From an uncultured Acidimicrobiaceae bacterium (GTDB taxonomy: Bacteria > Actinomycetota > Acidimicrobiia > Acidimicrobiales > RAAP-2): DNA of 64,000 nt. The translations under genes were made by a program, and so were the position numbers. Location: the NCBI GenBank assembly GCA_963834405.1, contig CAWIBX010000006.1, positions 281,577 to 345,576 of the forward strand, written 5' to 3'. Positions 45,028-54,489 of the stretch are shown piece after piece (position 1 is the first letter of the stretch; every line of letters starts with the position of its first letter). The notes under the pieces are model-generated. The model was given only the letters and a program-made list of their open reading frames with translations, was not told the origin of the DNA and did not search any database.

Positions 45028-47739
45028 ATGAGTGCACTTGGCATTCTTGGGGGGGATGGACCGATGACGGTAGATGTTGGCGGCGCGCGCGCGGCGACGC
45101 GCGCGGACATGGGCCGTTGGCCACTGGTGGGCCGCGCGAAAGAAATCGGCGAACTGCGGGAGGCCATCCGCGCCCGGCGGGGGGGCGCCGTCACGGGCCC
45201 GGCCGGCGTGGGCAAGACGAGGCTGGCCATGATCGGGGTCGACTTCGCCGAGGACCAGGGCATGGCCGTCGCGTTGGTCGCGGGCACCGAGGCCGCCCGC
45301 CCCTACCCGTTCGGCGCGTTCGCTTCGCTGCTGCCGGTGGACCGGGTCCCGCATGCCTGGGGCCCCGAGTCGCACACCGAGCTCCTTCGTCACTACACCC
45401 GCGAGCTCACCGAGGACGCCGGGGGGCAGCCGCTGCTCGTCTTCGTCGACGACGCCCATCTCCTCGACGACGGCTCGGCCATGCTGGTGCACCAGCTCTC
45501 GCAGACCGGGTCGGCCACCGTGCTCGCCTGCGTGCTCGCCACGGGACGGACCGGACAGCCCACCGTCGATCCGATGGTCGTCCTGTGGAAGGACCATCTG
45601 GCCGAGCGCATAGAGCTGGGTCCTCTGGACGAGCCGACGATGGAGGACCTCCTCGTGACGGTCCTCGGCGGGCCGATTGACGCGGCCTCCATGCACCACG
45701 TCGCCGAGCGTTCGCTCGGCAACCCCCTGTTCCTGCGCGAGCTCGTCGCCGGGGCGCTGGAGTCGGGGGCGCTGGCCGACGAGAACGGGCTGTGGCGCCT
45801 GCGGGGCACGCTGCGGCCGACACCCCGCCTGGTGGAGCTGGTCACGCTCCGGCTCGGCAATCTCACCGACCCCGAGCGCCACGTGATGGAGCTGGCCGCG
45901 CTGGGCGAGCCGTTGGCCCAGCCCGCGCTCGACGAGCTGGCCGAGACGACCGCGGTCGAGGCGCTCGAGGACCGGGGCTTCATCACGAGCCGCATGGACG
46001 GCCGGCGCCTGCAGATCTGGCTGGCGCACCCCGTCTACGGGGACGTCGTGCGCATGGGCATCAGCGCCCGCCGCGAGCGGGCACTGGCGCGTGCGCTGGC
46101 CGAGGCCTCCGGTGGCCGGCGCCAGGAGGACACGCTCCTCCTCGCGTCGCTGCGCCTCGTCGGGGGCGGCGGGAGCGGCGAGCTGCTGCTGGCCGGCGCG
46201 AAGGCGGCCCGCGAGCGGCACGACTACGCCCTCACCGAGAAGATGGCGCGCGCCGCCGTGGAGAACGGCGAGGGCTTCGACGCCCGCTTCCTCGCCGCCG
46301 AGGCCGCGCACGTGCGGGGCCGCCACGCGGAGGCCGCCCAGGACCTGGAAGCGCTCGCCCGGGACGCGACCAGCGAGGCGGAACGGTCGCGCGTCGCCCT
46401 GTTGCAGTTCGACCACGAGTTCTTCCTGCGCGGGCACGCCGACATGGCGTCCATCGACGCGCTGCTCGGCATGGTGACCGACCCCGGCTGGCGCGACGAG
46501 CTGCTGGCCCGGCGCCTGTGCCAGAACGGCCTGATCCACGGGCCGAAGGCGGTGACCGAGGGTGCGGGCGTCCCGCTGGAGCGGGACGCCTCGGCCCCGC
46601 GCACCAGCCTGCAGGTGGTGGTGGGCGAGAGCCTCGCCCGGCAGGGGAAGCTCGACCAGGCCTTGACCTTCCTCGTGCCGCCGGAGGGTGCGACCGTCCA
46701 CCAGGGCCGCACCGTGCGCTCGGAGCCGTGGAGCCCCTACGGCAACCACGCGCTCTCGTTGATCGCGCTAGGGCGGCTCCGTGAGGCCGAGGACCTCCTG
46801 TCCTCGGCGCACGAGGCACAGATCGCACAGCCCGGATCGCTGGAGAACGCCGTCGTCGCCCTGTCGCTCGGTGCACTGCGCTTGGAGCAGGGCCGTGTGC
46901 AGAGCGCCTTCATGCAGGCGACGAGCTCCGCCGCGTTGTTCCTGGAGCTCGGGCTGCCCGTGTCGGCCCGGCTGTCCTACGCGCTCTCCGCGCTGTCGCT
47001 CGCGCTCGCCGGCGTGGCCGGGAAGGCGACCGAGACGCTGGCCGAGCTGGACGCGCTGGGCCTGCCGACGGACATGGAGTACGAGTGCGAGGTCCTGCAG
47101 GCGCGCGCCTGGGCGGCGGCCGCGGGAGGCGACATGGCCACCGCCCGCCAGCACCTGGAGGCGGCGGTGGAGCTCGGCGTGCAGGTGGGCGACCTCGTCG
47201 GGGCGACCCGGGCCCTGCACGGCCTGGCCCGCGTGGGCCGGGCGCGCCAGGCCACGGACCAGCTGGGCCAGCTGGTCGGACAGGTCGACGGGGAGATGAC
47301 GGCGGCGCGCCGCGCGTACATGACCGCCGCCGCGGCCAAGGACAGTGTGGCGCTCCAGGCCGCGGCGGCGGGCTTCGAGGACATCGGCGCCAACCTCTAC
47401 GCCGCGGAGGCGTTGGGGGAAGCGGCCGTGCAACTCCGGCGCGACGGGTCCTCCCGGGAGGCGGCGGCGACTCAACAGAAGGCGGCGCGGCTGCTGGCGC
47501 GCTGCGAGAGCGCGGTGACGCCGTTCGTGCGGGCCATCGGGGCCCGGGCCCAGCTGACGCCGGCCGAGCTGGACACCGCGCTGCAGGCGGCCACGGGCAG
47601 CACCGACAAGCAGATCGCCGAGATGATGCACCTCTCCGTCCGCACGGTCGAGAACCGGCTGCACCGCGCCTACCAGAAGCTGGGTCTGTCGCACCGGCGC
47701 GAGCTGGCCGAGGCGCTGCGCGACCTGCCCGGGGCCTGA
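45028..47739 (+). CDS. Large ATP-binding LuxR-family (LAL/MalT-like) transcriptional regulator
   Basis: N-terminal P-loop VTGPAGVGKTRLA and Walker B LLVFVDDAHLLDD. Long helical-repeat middle region. C-terminal LuxR HTH TDKQIAEMMHLSVRTVENRLHRAYQKLG. Start could be 45028, 45064 or 45109. Confidence 0.85.
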   Translation: MSALGILGGDGPMTVDVGGARAATRADMGRWPLVGRAKEIGELREAIRARRGGAVTGPAGVGKTRLAMIGVDFAEDQGMAVALVAGTEAARPYPFGAFASLLPVDRVPHAWGPESHTELLRHYTRELTEDAGGQPLLVFVDDAHLLDDGSAMLVHQLSQTGSATVLACVLATGRTGQPTVDPMVVLWKDHLAERIELGPLDEPTMEDLLVTVLGGPIDAASMHHVAERSLGNPLFLRELVAGALESGALADENGLWRLRGTLRPTPRLVELVTLRLGNLTDPERHVMELAALGEPLAQPALDELAETTAVEALEDRGFITSRMDGRRLQIWLAHPVYGDVVRMGISARRERALARALAEASGGRRQEDTLLLASLRLVGGGGSGELLLAGAKAARERHDYALTEKMARAAVENGEGFDARFLAAEAAHVRGRHAEAAQDLEALARDATSEAERSRVALLQFDHEFFLRGHADMASIDALLGMVTDPGWRDELLARRLCQNGLIHGPKAVTEGAGVPLERDASAPRTSLQVVVGESLARQGKLDQALTFLVPPEGATVHQGRTVRSEPWSPYGNHALSLIALGRLREAEDLLSSAHEAQIAQPGSLENAVVALSLGALRLEQGRVQSAFMQATSSAALFLELGLPVSARLSYALSALSLALAGVAGKATETLAELDALGLPTDMEYECEVLQARAWAAAAGGDMATARQHLEAAVELGVQVGDLVGATRALHGLARVGRARQATDQLGQLVGQVDGEMTAARRAYMTAAAAKDSVALQAAAAGFEDIGANLYAAEALGEAAVQLRRDGSSREAAATQQKAARLLARCESAVTPFVRAIGARAQLTPAELDTALQAATGSTDKQIAEMMHLSVRTVENRLHRAYQKLGLSHRRELAEALRDLPGA

Positions 47740-48063
47740 GCTTCCGACTGCGACACGGCGACACTCAACGGCGCATCAACAGAAAAGTGACCTTGGGCCT
47801 GGCCGGGGCGTGACTTTGGCCCCTACGGCGGCGGACGGCTTCATCCGATACTGAAACCCTCGGAGCACACCGGGGATATATGACCAGCACCTCCTTCTCG
47901 CGCAGCGCCCTCTGCGGCGCTGTCATGTTCGTGGCCCTTGGCGAATCGGCCAGTCAGCGAGCCGGCAGCCGACGACAGGCTGCCGGCTGCGCTGGCGGCT
48001 TGTCGGCCCTGTCGACCCTGGCGTCCTGACGGCCCGGGCGCAGCGGAAGGACCGGGCGGGCGA

Positions 48064-48597
48064 ATGGGTCAGATGCGGGTTCCCTCAGGGCCGCCGCCGG
48101 CGTCACCGTCCCTCGGGCCTCTCGGAGCGGGCCGTGCACCGCGTGCGGAGAAGGCGGGTGCCGACGCGGAGTGGCGTGGCACGTTCGTCGATGAGTTCGG
48201 TGAGCTCGACCTGGTGCCCGACCGGCCGCGGGCCGCGATGCGGGTCCTCGGCTTCATGGTCGTCTGCCGACCCCCGGTGCAGAGCGCGCAACAGATCAGG
48301 GACGCGCTGTCGCTCTCGGCCGGGAGCGTGAGCACCGCGGTGAACGCGCTGCACGACGACGGCCTCCTCGAGCGCGTGAACAGGCCGGGCGACCGCCACG
48401 TCTACTACCGGCTCACTGCACAGTCCTGGGGGCGCGTGGTCGAGGCGCGTTTCCAGGCTCTCATTGAGGTGCGGCGGGCCGCCGACCGTGCGTTCCACGC
48501 CTCACGGGGCGAGGCGGACCACCGGCTCCGCCAGTTGCGCGAGACCTACGCGCGCGTCGAGGCCGGATTGGCGGAGCTACTCGCGCACGACGGTTGA
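48064..48597 (+). CDS. MarR/GbsR-like winged-helix regulator
   Basis: RVLGFMVVCRPPVQSAQQIRDALSLSAGSVSTAVNALHDDGLLERVNRPGDRHVYYRL. The 5' end is uncertain. Confidence 0.6.
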   Translation: MGQMRVPSGPPPASPSLGPLGAGRAPRAEKAGADAEWRGTFVDEFGELDLVPDRPRAAMRVLGFMVVCRPPVQSAQQIRDALSLSAGSVSTAVNALHDDGLLERVNRPGDRHVYYRLTAQSWGRVVEARFQALIEVRRAADRAFHASRGEADHRLRQLRETYARVEAGLAELLAHDG

Positions 48598-48622
48598 GGG
48601 CCGCGGCCGCCCGCCGGCCCGC

Positions 48623-49207
48623 TCAGCGCGCCGCCTCCCAGATCGCCCAGCCGCCCAGCGCCACCAGCACGACGGCGGTCACGATCCGGACCGTGCGGAT
48701 GTCGACGATGCGCAGAATGCTCTGGCCGCCCACCACGGCGAGCGCCGCCACCGCCCACAGCGCGAGAACCGCGCCCACCCCGACCGAGAGCGCCGACTGG
48801 TAGTGCGCGGCCAGGTTGGCCGTCAGGATCTGGGTGAGGTCGCCCCATTCGGCGATGAAGATGACCAAGAAAGCGGTGACGAGGATGCGATGGTGCGACG
48901 CCACCTCCTTCTCTATGAGCGGACCCTGGTCGGGCTCCTTCGTCGCCTCCCGAATGGCCAGCGCGGCGCCCGCGAAGAACATGGCGGCGACGATCGCTTC
49001 CAACACCCGATGCGGAACAAGATGGAACAGCGCGGCGCCGATGGTGACCGCAATGACGACGTGCACGGCGAAGGCGGCCGCGGCGCCCACCCAGACAACG
49101 AAGGGGCGACCCCGCGTGGACATGACGAGGGAGGCGAACATCGTCTTGTCGGGAAGCTCTCCCAGGAAGATGATCGGGAAGACGGCGAGGACGACGGAGA
49201 ATTCCAC
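48623..49207 (-). CDS. UPF0016/GDT1 (TMEM165)-family cation (Mn2+/Ca2+) transporter
   Basis: Two E-x-G-D-(K/L)-T repeats: GELPDKTMFA and AEWGDLTQIL. GTG at 49207. Confidence 0.8.
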   Translation of the reverse strand: MEFSVVLAVFPIIFLGELPDKTMFASLVMSTRGRPFVVWVGAAAAFAVHVVIAVTIGAALFHLVPHRVLEAIVAAMFFAGAALAIREATKEPDQGPLIEKEVASHHRILVTAFLVIFIAEWGDLTQILTANLAAHYQSALSVGVGAVLALWAVAALAVVGGQSILRIVDIRTVRIVTAVVLVALGGWAIWEAAR

Positions 49208-49314
49208 GCGGACCTTTCTGTCGGGCTCCGAACGTACCGGCCGGGGCAGAGGAAGACCGTGCATGGCTAAGTTGGAGGCCGGAGAGATGGAGACACGGAC
49301 ACGAGGAGGCGACC

Positions 49315-49503
49315 ATGGTGATAGACCTCACCGAGGAGCAATGCGCCGAGTTGCAGCGGCTCCTCGAGGCGTCCCTGGGTGATCTGAGCACCGAGATCGC
49401 CGACACCGACAACGCCCAGTACCGCGAGGGGCTGCGCGAGCGGCGCACGGTGCTGGAGTCGGTGCTGTACCAGCTCGACAACCCGCCGCGGGTCGACGCG
49501 TAG
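49315..49503 (+). CDS. Small acidic helical hypothetical protein (62 aa)
   Basis: Coding-like codon bias. GAGGAGG lies upstream of the ATG. No family recognised. Confidence 0.4.
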   Translation: MVIDLTEEQCAELQRLLEASLGDLSTEIADTDNAQYREGLRERRTVLESVLYQLDNPPRVDA

Positions 49504-49531
49504 GGAACGCGCCGAGAAGAGGCGCGGGCCG

Positions 49532-50146
49532 ATGGGCTTCTACCGGGAAAGGGTCTTGCCGCATCTGATCGACAAGATGTGCGGCATGGCCGAACTCGAC
49601 AAGTGGCGCGTCCAGGCCACCGAGGGCCTCAAGGGCCGAGTGGTCGAGATCGGGTTCGGCTCGGGCTTGAACGTCCCCCACTACCCGACCGAGGTGGAAG
49701 TCGTCCTGGCGGTCGAGCCCGCGTCGAGGGCGTGGCACATCGCGGAGAAGCGGGTGGCCGCGTCGACGGTGCCGGTGCAACACGTCGGCCTGGACGGGCA
49801 GAGTCTTCCGCTCGACGACCTGAGCTGCGACGCCGCGCTCTGCACCTTCACCCTGTGCACGGTGCCCGATCCGGGACGGGCGCTCTCCGAGGTGCGACGC
49901 GTCCTCCGCCCCGGCGGTGAACTCCACTTCCTGGAGCACGGGCTCTCGCCCGAGCCGAAGGTGGCGCACTGGCAGCACCGGATGGAACCCGTACAGCGCC
50001 GCCTCTTCGACGGCTGTCACTTGACCCGTGACGCCGTGGCGCTCGTCGAAGGCGCGGGCTTTCACTTGACGCGCAGAGAGCAGCGCTACGCGCCCGGCCC
50101 CAAACCGTGGTCCTACATGACGGTGGGTGTGGCTCAGCGGTCGTAG
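49532..50146 (+). CDS. Class I SAM-dependent methyltransferase
   Basis: VVEIGFGSGLNVPHY motif I and LRPGGELHFLEHG. Confidence 0.8.
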   Translation: MGFYRERVLPHLIDKMCGMAELDKWRVQATEGLKGRVVEIGFGSGLNVPHYPTEVEVVLAVEPASRAWHIAEKRVAASTVPVQHVGLDGQSLPLDDLSCDAALCTFTLCTVPDPGRALSEVRRVLRPGGELHFLEHGLSPEPKVAHWQHRMEPVQRRLFDGCHLTRDAVALVEGAGFHLTRREQRYAPGPKPWSYMTVGVAQRS

Positions 50147-50487
50147 GCCGTGGGATGCCGGGGCTCGTAGAGGAGCATGGTCCCGGCCCCGGGCACCCGC
50201 ATGGCGATAGTGCGCCCGAACCCGCGGTCCTGAATCCCGCCCTCGAACTCCACGCCCTTCTCCTCGAGGTCCGCGACGGTCTGCTCCACGTCGTCGCACA
50301 GCAGTGAGATCTCGTGGTGCACCGGTCCGTCGCCCGACGGATGGACGCCGAGCTCCGACGGCCCGGTCCGGAAGATGAGCCAGCCGTCGTGCGCGTCCAC
50401 GAAGGGCCAGCCGAGGACGTCGCGGAAGAAGGCACGGGCCGCGTCGGGATCTTCTGCGTAGGCGAGGGTATGGACGGCGGTGATCAT
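50134..50487 (-). CDS. VOC/glyoxalase-family protein
   Basis: ARAFFRDVLGWPFVD and HEISLLCDDV. 117 aa. Confidence 0.8.
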   Translation of the reverse strand: MITAVHTLAYAEDPDAARAFFRDVLGWPFVDAHDGWLIFRTGPSELGVHPSGDGPVHHEISLLCDDVEQTVADLEEKGVEFEGGIQDRGFGRTIAMRVPGAGTMLLYEPRHPTAYDR

Positions 50488-50583
50488 GCCGCGACCCTAC
50501 GCGAGCCGCGCTTGGCCGCCTCCTGCACATGCGGGTCGGGGTGGCGGACCGCTCGTGCAAAACGCCCTCGGTGCTGGTAGGAG

Positions 50584-51414
50584 TTGACGAACACGAGCGA
50601 GGAGAGTGAGGCGATGGCAACGCTGCGAGTCGACCGGCCCGAGACGGGCATCACGCGCATCACACTTGACCGGCCCGACCGGCTGAACGCCATGAATGTG
50701 GAGCTCATCAGCGAGCTCCACCAGGCACTGGACGACGTCGCAGCGGACCGCACGTGCCGGGTGGTGGTCCTGACCGGTGCGGGGCGTGGGTTCTGCGCCG
50801 GCCTCGATCTCGGCGGGTACGGAGACCCGCCCGGCGCCGATGGGTTGGGGCGGGTGGAGTCGGGCTTCGCCACCCAGACGCACATCGCCGCCCTCGTCCC
50901 GAAGCTGCGCTCGCTCCCCCAGCCGGTCATCGCCGCCGTCAACGGCGCCGCCGCGGGCGGTGGCCTCGCGCTCGCGCTGGCCTGCGACGTGCGCGTGTCG
51001 TCGGAGTCGGCTCGCTTCAATGTGGCGTTCGTGCGGCTGGGCATTTCGGGATGCGACATCGGCGTCAGCTGGATGCTGCCCCGGCTGATCGGCGCGTCAC
51101 GGGCGTGGGAGTTGATGCTGACGGGACGGATCATCAATGCGGCGGAGGCGGACCGCATCGGGCTGGTGCTGCGGGTCGTACCCGACGAGGCCCTGCTGGA
51201 GTCGGCGTTCGAGACGGCGCGTCTGATCGTGGCCAACAGTCCCTGGGGCGTCCGCATGACCAAGGAGGTCATGTGGTCGCAGCTCGAGATCCCGTCCCTG
51301 CGCGCCGGCATCGACCTCGAGAACCGGACCCAGGTCCTGTCCTCGTTCACCGGGGACATGACCGAGGCCGTGGCCGCCTTCTTGGAGAAGCGGCCGGCGC
51401 GCTACCAGCAGTAG
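50584..51414 (+). CDS. Enoyl-CoA hydratase/isomerase (crotonase) family
   Basis: RPDRLNAM, VLTGAGRGFCAGLDL, IAAVNGAAAGGGLALALACD. Start could be 50584 or 50614. Confidence 0.9.
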   Translation: MTNTSEESEAMATLRVDRPETGITRITLDRPDRLNAMNVELISELHQALDDVAADRTCRVVVLTGAGRGFCAGLDLGGYGDPPGADGLGRVESGFATQTHIAALVPKLRSLPQPVIAAVNGAAAGGGLALALACDVRVSSESARFNVAFVRLGISGCDIGVSWMLPRLIGASRAWELMLTGRIINAAEADRIGLVLRVVPDEALLESAFETARLIVANSPWGVRMTKEVMWSQLEIPSLRAGIDLENRTQVLSSFTGDMTEAVAAFLEKRPARYQQ

Positions 51415-51505
51415 GGGGCGATGGGCGTTCGGCGTTCCGGGGCGAAGCGGCCCGGTCGTGGGGCCTGGCTACGTTGGTGCCCCTGATGGCCGGAGGGACC
51501 CCCGA

Positions 51506-52981
51506 ATGAACGTGTCTGTCCGGGCGCGGGGTCATCTCGGACCTGCGATGGCCATCGCGGCGACGCTCCTCGCCGCCGGCATCCTCTCGGGCTGCGCCGC
51601 CGGCGCCGCCGGTGCACCGACCGCCACCGCCAACCCGAGCAACTCACTGGCGCCGACGCCCAACTACGGCGACGTCTGCGCACCGGTCGGCGCGGACACC
51701 TCGAGCACCTGTCTGCGCATCACGCTCCAGGCGATCGACAGCGCTCGCGCCAAGGAGGGCCTCGGGCCGATGCGGCTGCCTGCCGACTTCGCCGATCTCA
51801 GCGTGCCCGAGCAACTCTTCGTCGCCATCGACCGCGAGCGGGTGGACCGGGGTCTGACCCCGTTCGCGGGGCTTTCCGCCACCCTGGACAAGCAAGCCGC
51901 GAAGGGCGCGGACTCCGCGCAGTTGCCCTCCCGCCCGGGAAACCGGTACAGCGCGGCGGTCGCCGAATGGATCGGGGCGGTCGACAACGGGCTCGACGCC
52001 GACTACCAGTGGATGTACGACGACGGTCCCGGCAGCGGGACCCCGGGGTGCTCTATCGGGCAGAGTTCGGGGTGCTGGGCCGACCGTGACATCGTCCTCG
52101 GTTCGTACAACCGGCATCAGCTCGTCATGGGGGCGGCCTACGACCCGAACGGCGACACTTCGCCGGGCGACCGCGGCGGGTCCTCCCTGGCGGCCACCCT
52201 GGCCGCGACCAGTGCCGGGACGGAGCCCTTCACGTACACGTGGGCGCAGGCGCTGGCGGCGACCGAACAGGGCATCCTGCGGCCGCTGCGGGCGTTGCCG
52301 GCGTCCGTCTCCGACGGCGGCATCCCGGACCCGCCGCGCAACGTCCCGCCCTCGCCCGACTACACGCGCACGTGCCGCGGGGCGGGACTGGACAATTCGA
52401 CCGCTTGTATCAACGCGGTGCTTGCCGCCATCAACCACGCCCGCGCGCTCGAAGGCGTCCGCCCCATGGTCCTGCCGTCCGGCTTCTCGAGCCTGAGCGT
52501 CACCAACCAGCTCTTCGTCGTGGTCAACCTCGAACGCGTCGACCGCGGCCTGGCCCCCTTCGTCGGGCTCACCGCGCCGCTCAACCACAACGCACAGGTC
52601 GGGGCGGACGAGGCGGACGATCCGCCCGTGCTCGGGCCGGCCTACGCACTGGACGACGCCGAGTGGGCCGGCGGCGCCTCCAACGGGCTCGACGCGGACT
52701 ACGGCTGGATGTACGACGACGGCTACAACAGCGGGAACCTCGACTGCCCGCGGCGCACCTCGTCGGGCTGCTGGGGCCATCGCAAGGGCATCCTCGACGA
52801 TTTCGGCACCGGGGCGGACCTCGTGGCGGGCGCCGCCTACGACACGGCGAGCGACGTCCACCAGGGTGACGTCGGCGGGACGTCCATGGCGGTGACGCTG
52901 GCCGTGCAGAGCGAACCGCCCACGACCTTCACCTACACGTGGGCGCAGGCGCTGGCCGCCATGCCGGGCGAATCGGGATGA
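51506..52981 (+). CDS. Lipoprotein made of two tandem ~210 aa CAP/SCP-like repeats
   Basis: Lipobox LLAAGILSGC. Two collinear repeats each contain ...ERVDRGL.PF.GL..., NGLDADY.WMYDDG, SSGCW, and end in F(T)YTWAQALAA. GGAGGGA RBS before the ATG at 51506. Confidence 0.7.
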   Translation: MNVSVRARGHLGPAMAIAATLLAAGILSGCAAGAAGAPTATANPSNSLAPTPNYGDVCAPVGADTSSTCLRITLQAIDSARAKEGLGPMRLPADFADLSVPEQLFVAIDRERVDRGLTPFAGLSATLDKQAAKGADSAQLPSRPGNRYSAAVAEWIGAVDNGLDADYQWMYDDGPGSGTPGCSIGQSSGCWADRDIVLGSYNRHQLVMGAAYDPNGDTSPGDRGGSSLAATLAATSAGTEPFTYTWAQALAATEQGILRPLRALPASVSDGGIPDPPRNVPPSPDYTRTCRGAGLDNSTACINAVLAAINHARALEGVRPMVLPSGFSSLSVTNQLFVVVNLERVDRGLAPFVGLTAPLNHNAQVGADEADDPPVLGPAYALDDAEWAGGASNGLDADYGWMYDDGYNSGNLDCPRRTSSGCWGHRKGILDDFGTGADLVAGAAYDTASDVHQGDVGGTSMAVTLAVQSEPPTTFTYTWAQALAAMPGESG

Positions 52982-53015
52982 GGCGCCGAAGCCGCGGCGA
53001 GCGCGCGTGCGGCGC

Positions 53016-53543
53016 TTACGGGAGCACGAGCTTGGCCACGCTCTCGAGCTGCGCCGTGCTCGCCACGCCGCTGTTGTCGAGGAACTCGTAGACCTGCGAG
53101 CCCTTCTGCACGAGCAGGATGTCGAAGCCGGGATGACCACCCTTGAGGCCCTTGTCGCCGTCCACCGTGACCGACACGAAACGCGTCCCGGAGAAGGACT
53201 CGTGGGCCAGCGATTTCACCGTGCTCCCATCCAGCGCCTCGTGTGAGATGAGGAAGGTCGCGCCGGTCGACGACGACATGTAGGTGCACAGCTTCTGGCC
53301 GGGCGACAGCCCCGCCGAGACGGTCGGGCCGGACCAGGTGGCGCCGACCGTTCTGCTCAGCTTGGTTGCGGACAGACAAGTGCCCGACGAGCCCTTGCCC
53401 TTGTGGCCCGACGCCGCCGCCGGTGTCGCCGGCAACAGGCCCAGAGCCAACATTCCGGCTCCCGTCACCGACGCGACGAACAGGGAGCACGCGACTCCGG
53501 CCGGCTGGCGGACGACCGATCGGAACCACCGATGTCTTCGCAC
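53016..53543 (-). CDS. Secreted hypothetical protein
   Basis: Signal-peptide-like VACSLFVASVTGAGMLALGLLPATPAAASG. 175 aa. No family recognised. Confidence 0.5.
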   Translation of the reverse strand: MRRHRWFRSVVRQPAGVACSLFVASVTGAGMLALGLLPATPAAASGHKGKGSSGTCLSATKLSRTVGATWSGPTVSAGLSPGQKLCTYMSSSTGATFLISHEALDGSTVKSLAHESFSGTRFVSVTVDGDKGLKGGHPGFDILLVQKGSQVYEFLDNSGVASTAQLESVAKLVLP

Positions 53544-53671
53544 GACCCTCCTCTCGGCCGGCGGAGCCGCCTCCCGGGTGGGTGCTGCGCGGTCCCGCTG
53601 TTCCCTCCCTCCGCAGTCTGCGCCCCGCCCGGCCGGTGGGCAAACGGCTTCGGGGAGTCGCGTCCGCTCGT

Positions 53672-54022
53672 ATGGTGGCGGCCGTGAGCGAGACCCCGAC
53701 CCAGAGCCAGATCTACTTCAATCCGTCCTGCTCGAAGTGCTCCGCCGTGTCCATCCTCGACGAGCACGGCCACGACGCCGAGGTGGTCCGCTACCTCGAC
53801 CAGCCCCCGACGAGGGAGGACCTCCGGCAGCTCATGGGACTGCTGAACGTGGACGATCCCCGCCTGATGATGCGCACGGGTGAGCCGCTGTACGCCGAAC
53901 TGGGCCTGGCCGGGCGTGAGGGTGACGCACTGCTCCGGGCGATCACCGAGCATCCGATCCTGCTTAGGGTGTGCGCACCCGCCCCGCACGAGACGAGCGG
54001 GCGAGGAGGAGGACTGGGATGA
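53672..54022 (+). CDS. ArsC/Spx-family (glutaredoxin-type arsenate-reductase-like) protein with atypical C-terminus
   Basis: IYFNPSCSKCS, YLDQPPTREDL, EPLYAELGLA and EHPILL align with the ArsC pattern. The expected xRPIVV segment after HPIL is replaced by RVCAPAPHETSGRGGGLG. Confidence 0.65.
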   Translation: MVAAVSETPTQSQIYFNPSCSKCSAVSILDEHGHDAEVVRYLDQPPTREDLRQLMGLLNVDDPRLMMRTGEPLYAELGLAGREGDALLRAITEHPILLRVCAPAPHETSGRGGGLG

Positions 54023-54489
54023 CCGCACAAGAGACGATCTCCGCCATCCTGGGCATCGCGACCATTGCGGTCGCCTTCTGGGTGAACCGGCACCTCTTCG
54101 CCGGCCGCGCCGCCGGCCCCGTCACCCTGCTCGAGGGCGTGTACTACGTCGTCGGCGTCTGCTCCATCGTCCTCGGCTGGTACTTCAACGTCCGCTACAC
54201 GCACACCTACCACAACGCCAGCTACTGGAACTACACGAAGATGCTCTTCACAAACTGGGCGGCCGACTCGGCGGCGCAGGACTACATCATCGTGAATGTG
54301 GTGCTGATGCCGTTGTGGACCATCGTCGAGGGCGGCCGGCGGGGCCTCAAGTGGGCGTGGATCTTCTTCGTGATGAGCCTCTTCACGAGCCTCGCCTTCT
54401 CCATCGCGATGTTCCTCGCCTTCATGGAGCGCCAGCTCCGCTACAACAACAAACTGGCTCAGGAGCCGCTCGCCTCCAGCACCGCGTAG
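54019..54489 (+). CDS. Small four-TM membrane protein (DUF2834-like)
   Basis: ATGA overlap with the preceding stop. Four hydrophobic helices. The family assignment is from memory only. Confidence 0.55.
   Translation: MTAQETISAILGIATIAVAFWVNRHLFAGRAAGPVTLLEGVYYVVGVCSIVLGWYFNVRYTHTYHNASYWNYTKMLFTNWAADSAAQDYIIVNVVLMPLWTIVEGGRRGLKWAWIFFVMSLFTSLAFSIAMFLAFMERQLRYNNKLAQEPLASSTA

Noticed and set aside
44983-46749. 588 aa minus-strand ORF, plus other long ORFs opposite the LAL regulator
   Set aside because: They are antisense to a gene with P-loop and LuxR HTH motifs. Their composition is dominated by Arg/Gly/Pro/Ala.
49208-49314. Possible Mn2+ (yybP-ykoY-type) riboswitch upstream of the GDT1-family transporter
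   Set aside because: I could not find the conserved four-way-junction sequence blocks on the minus strand. The GGAGAG-containing stretch is on the wrong strand. This would need a covariance-model scan to settle.
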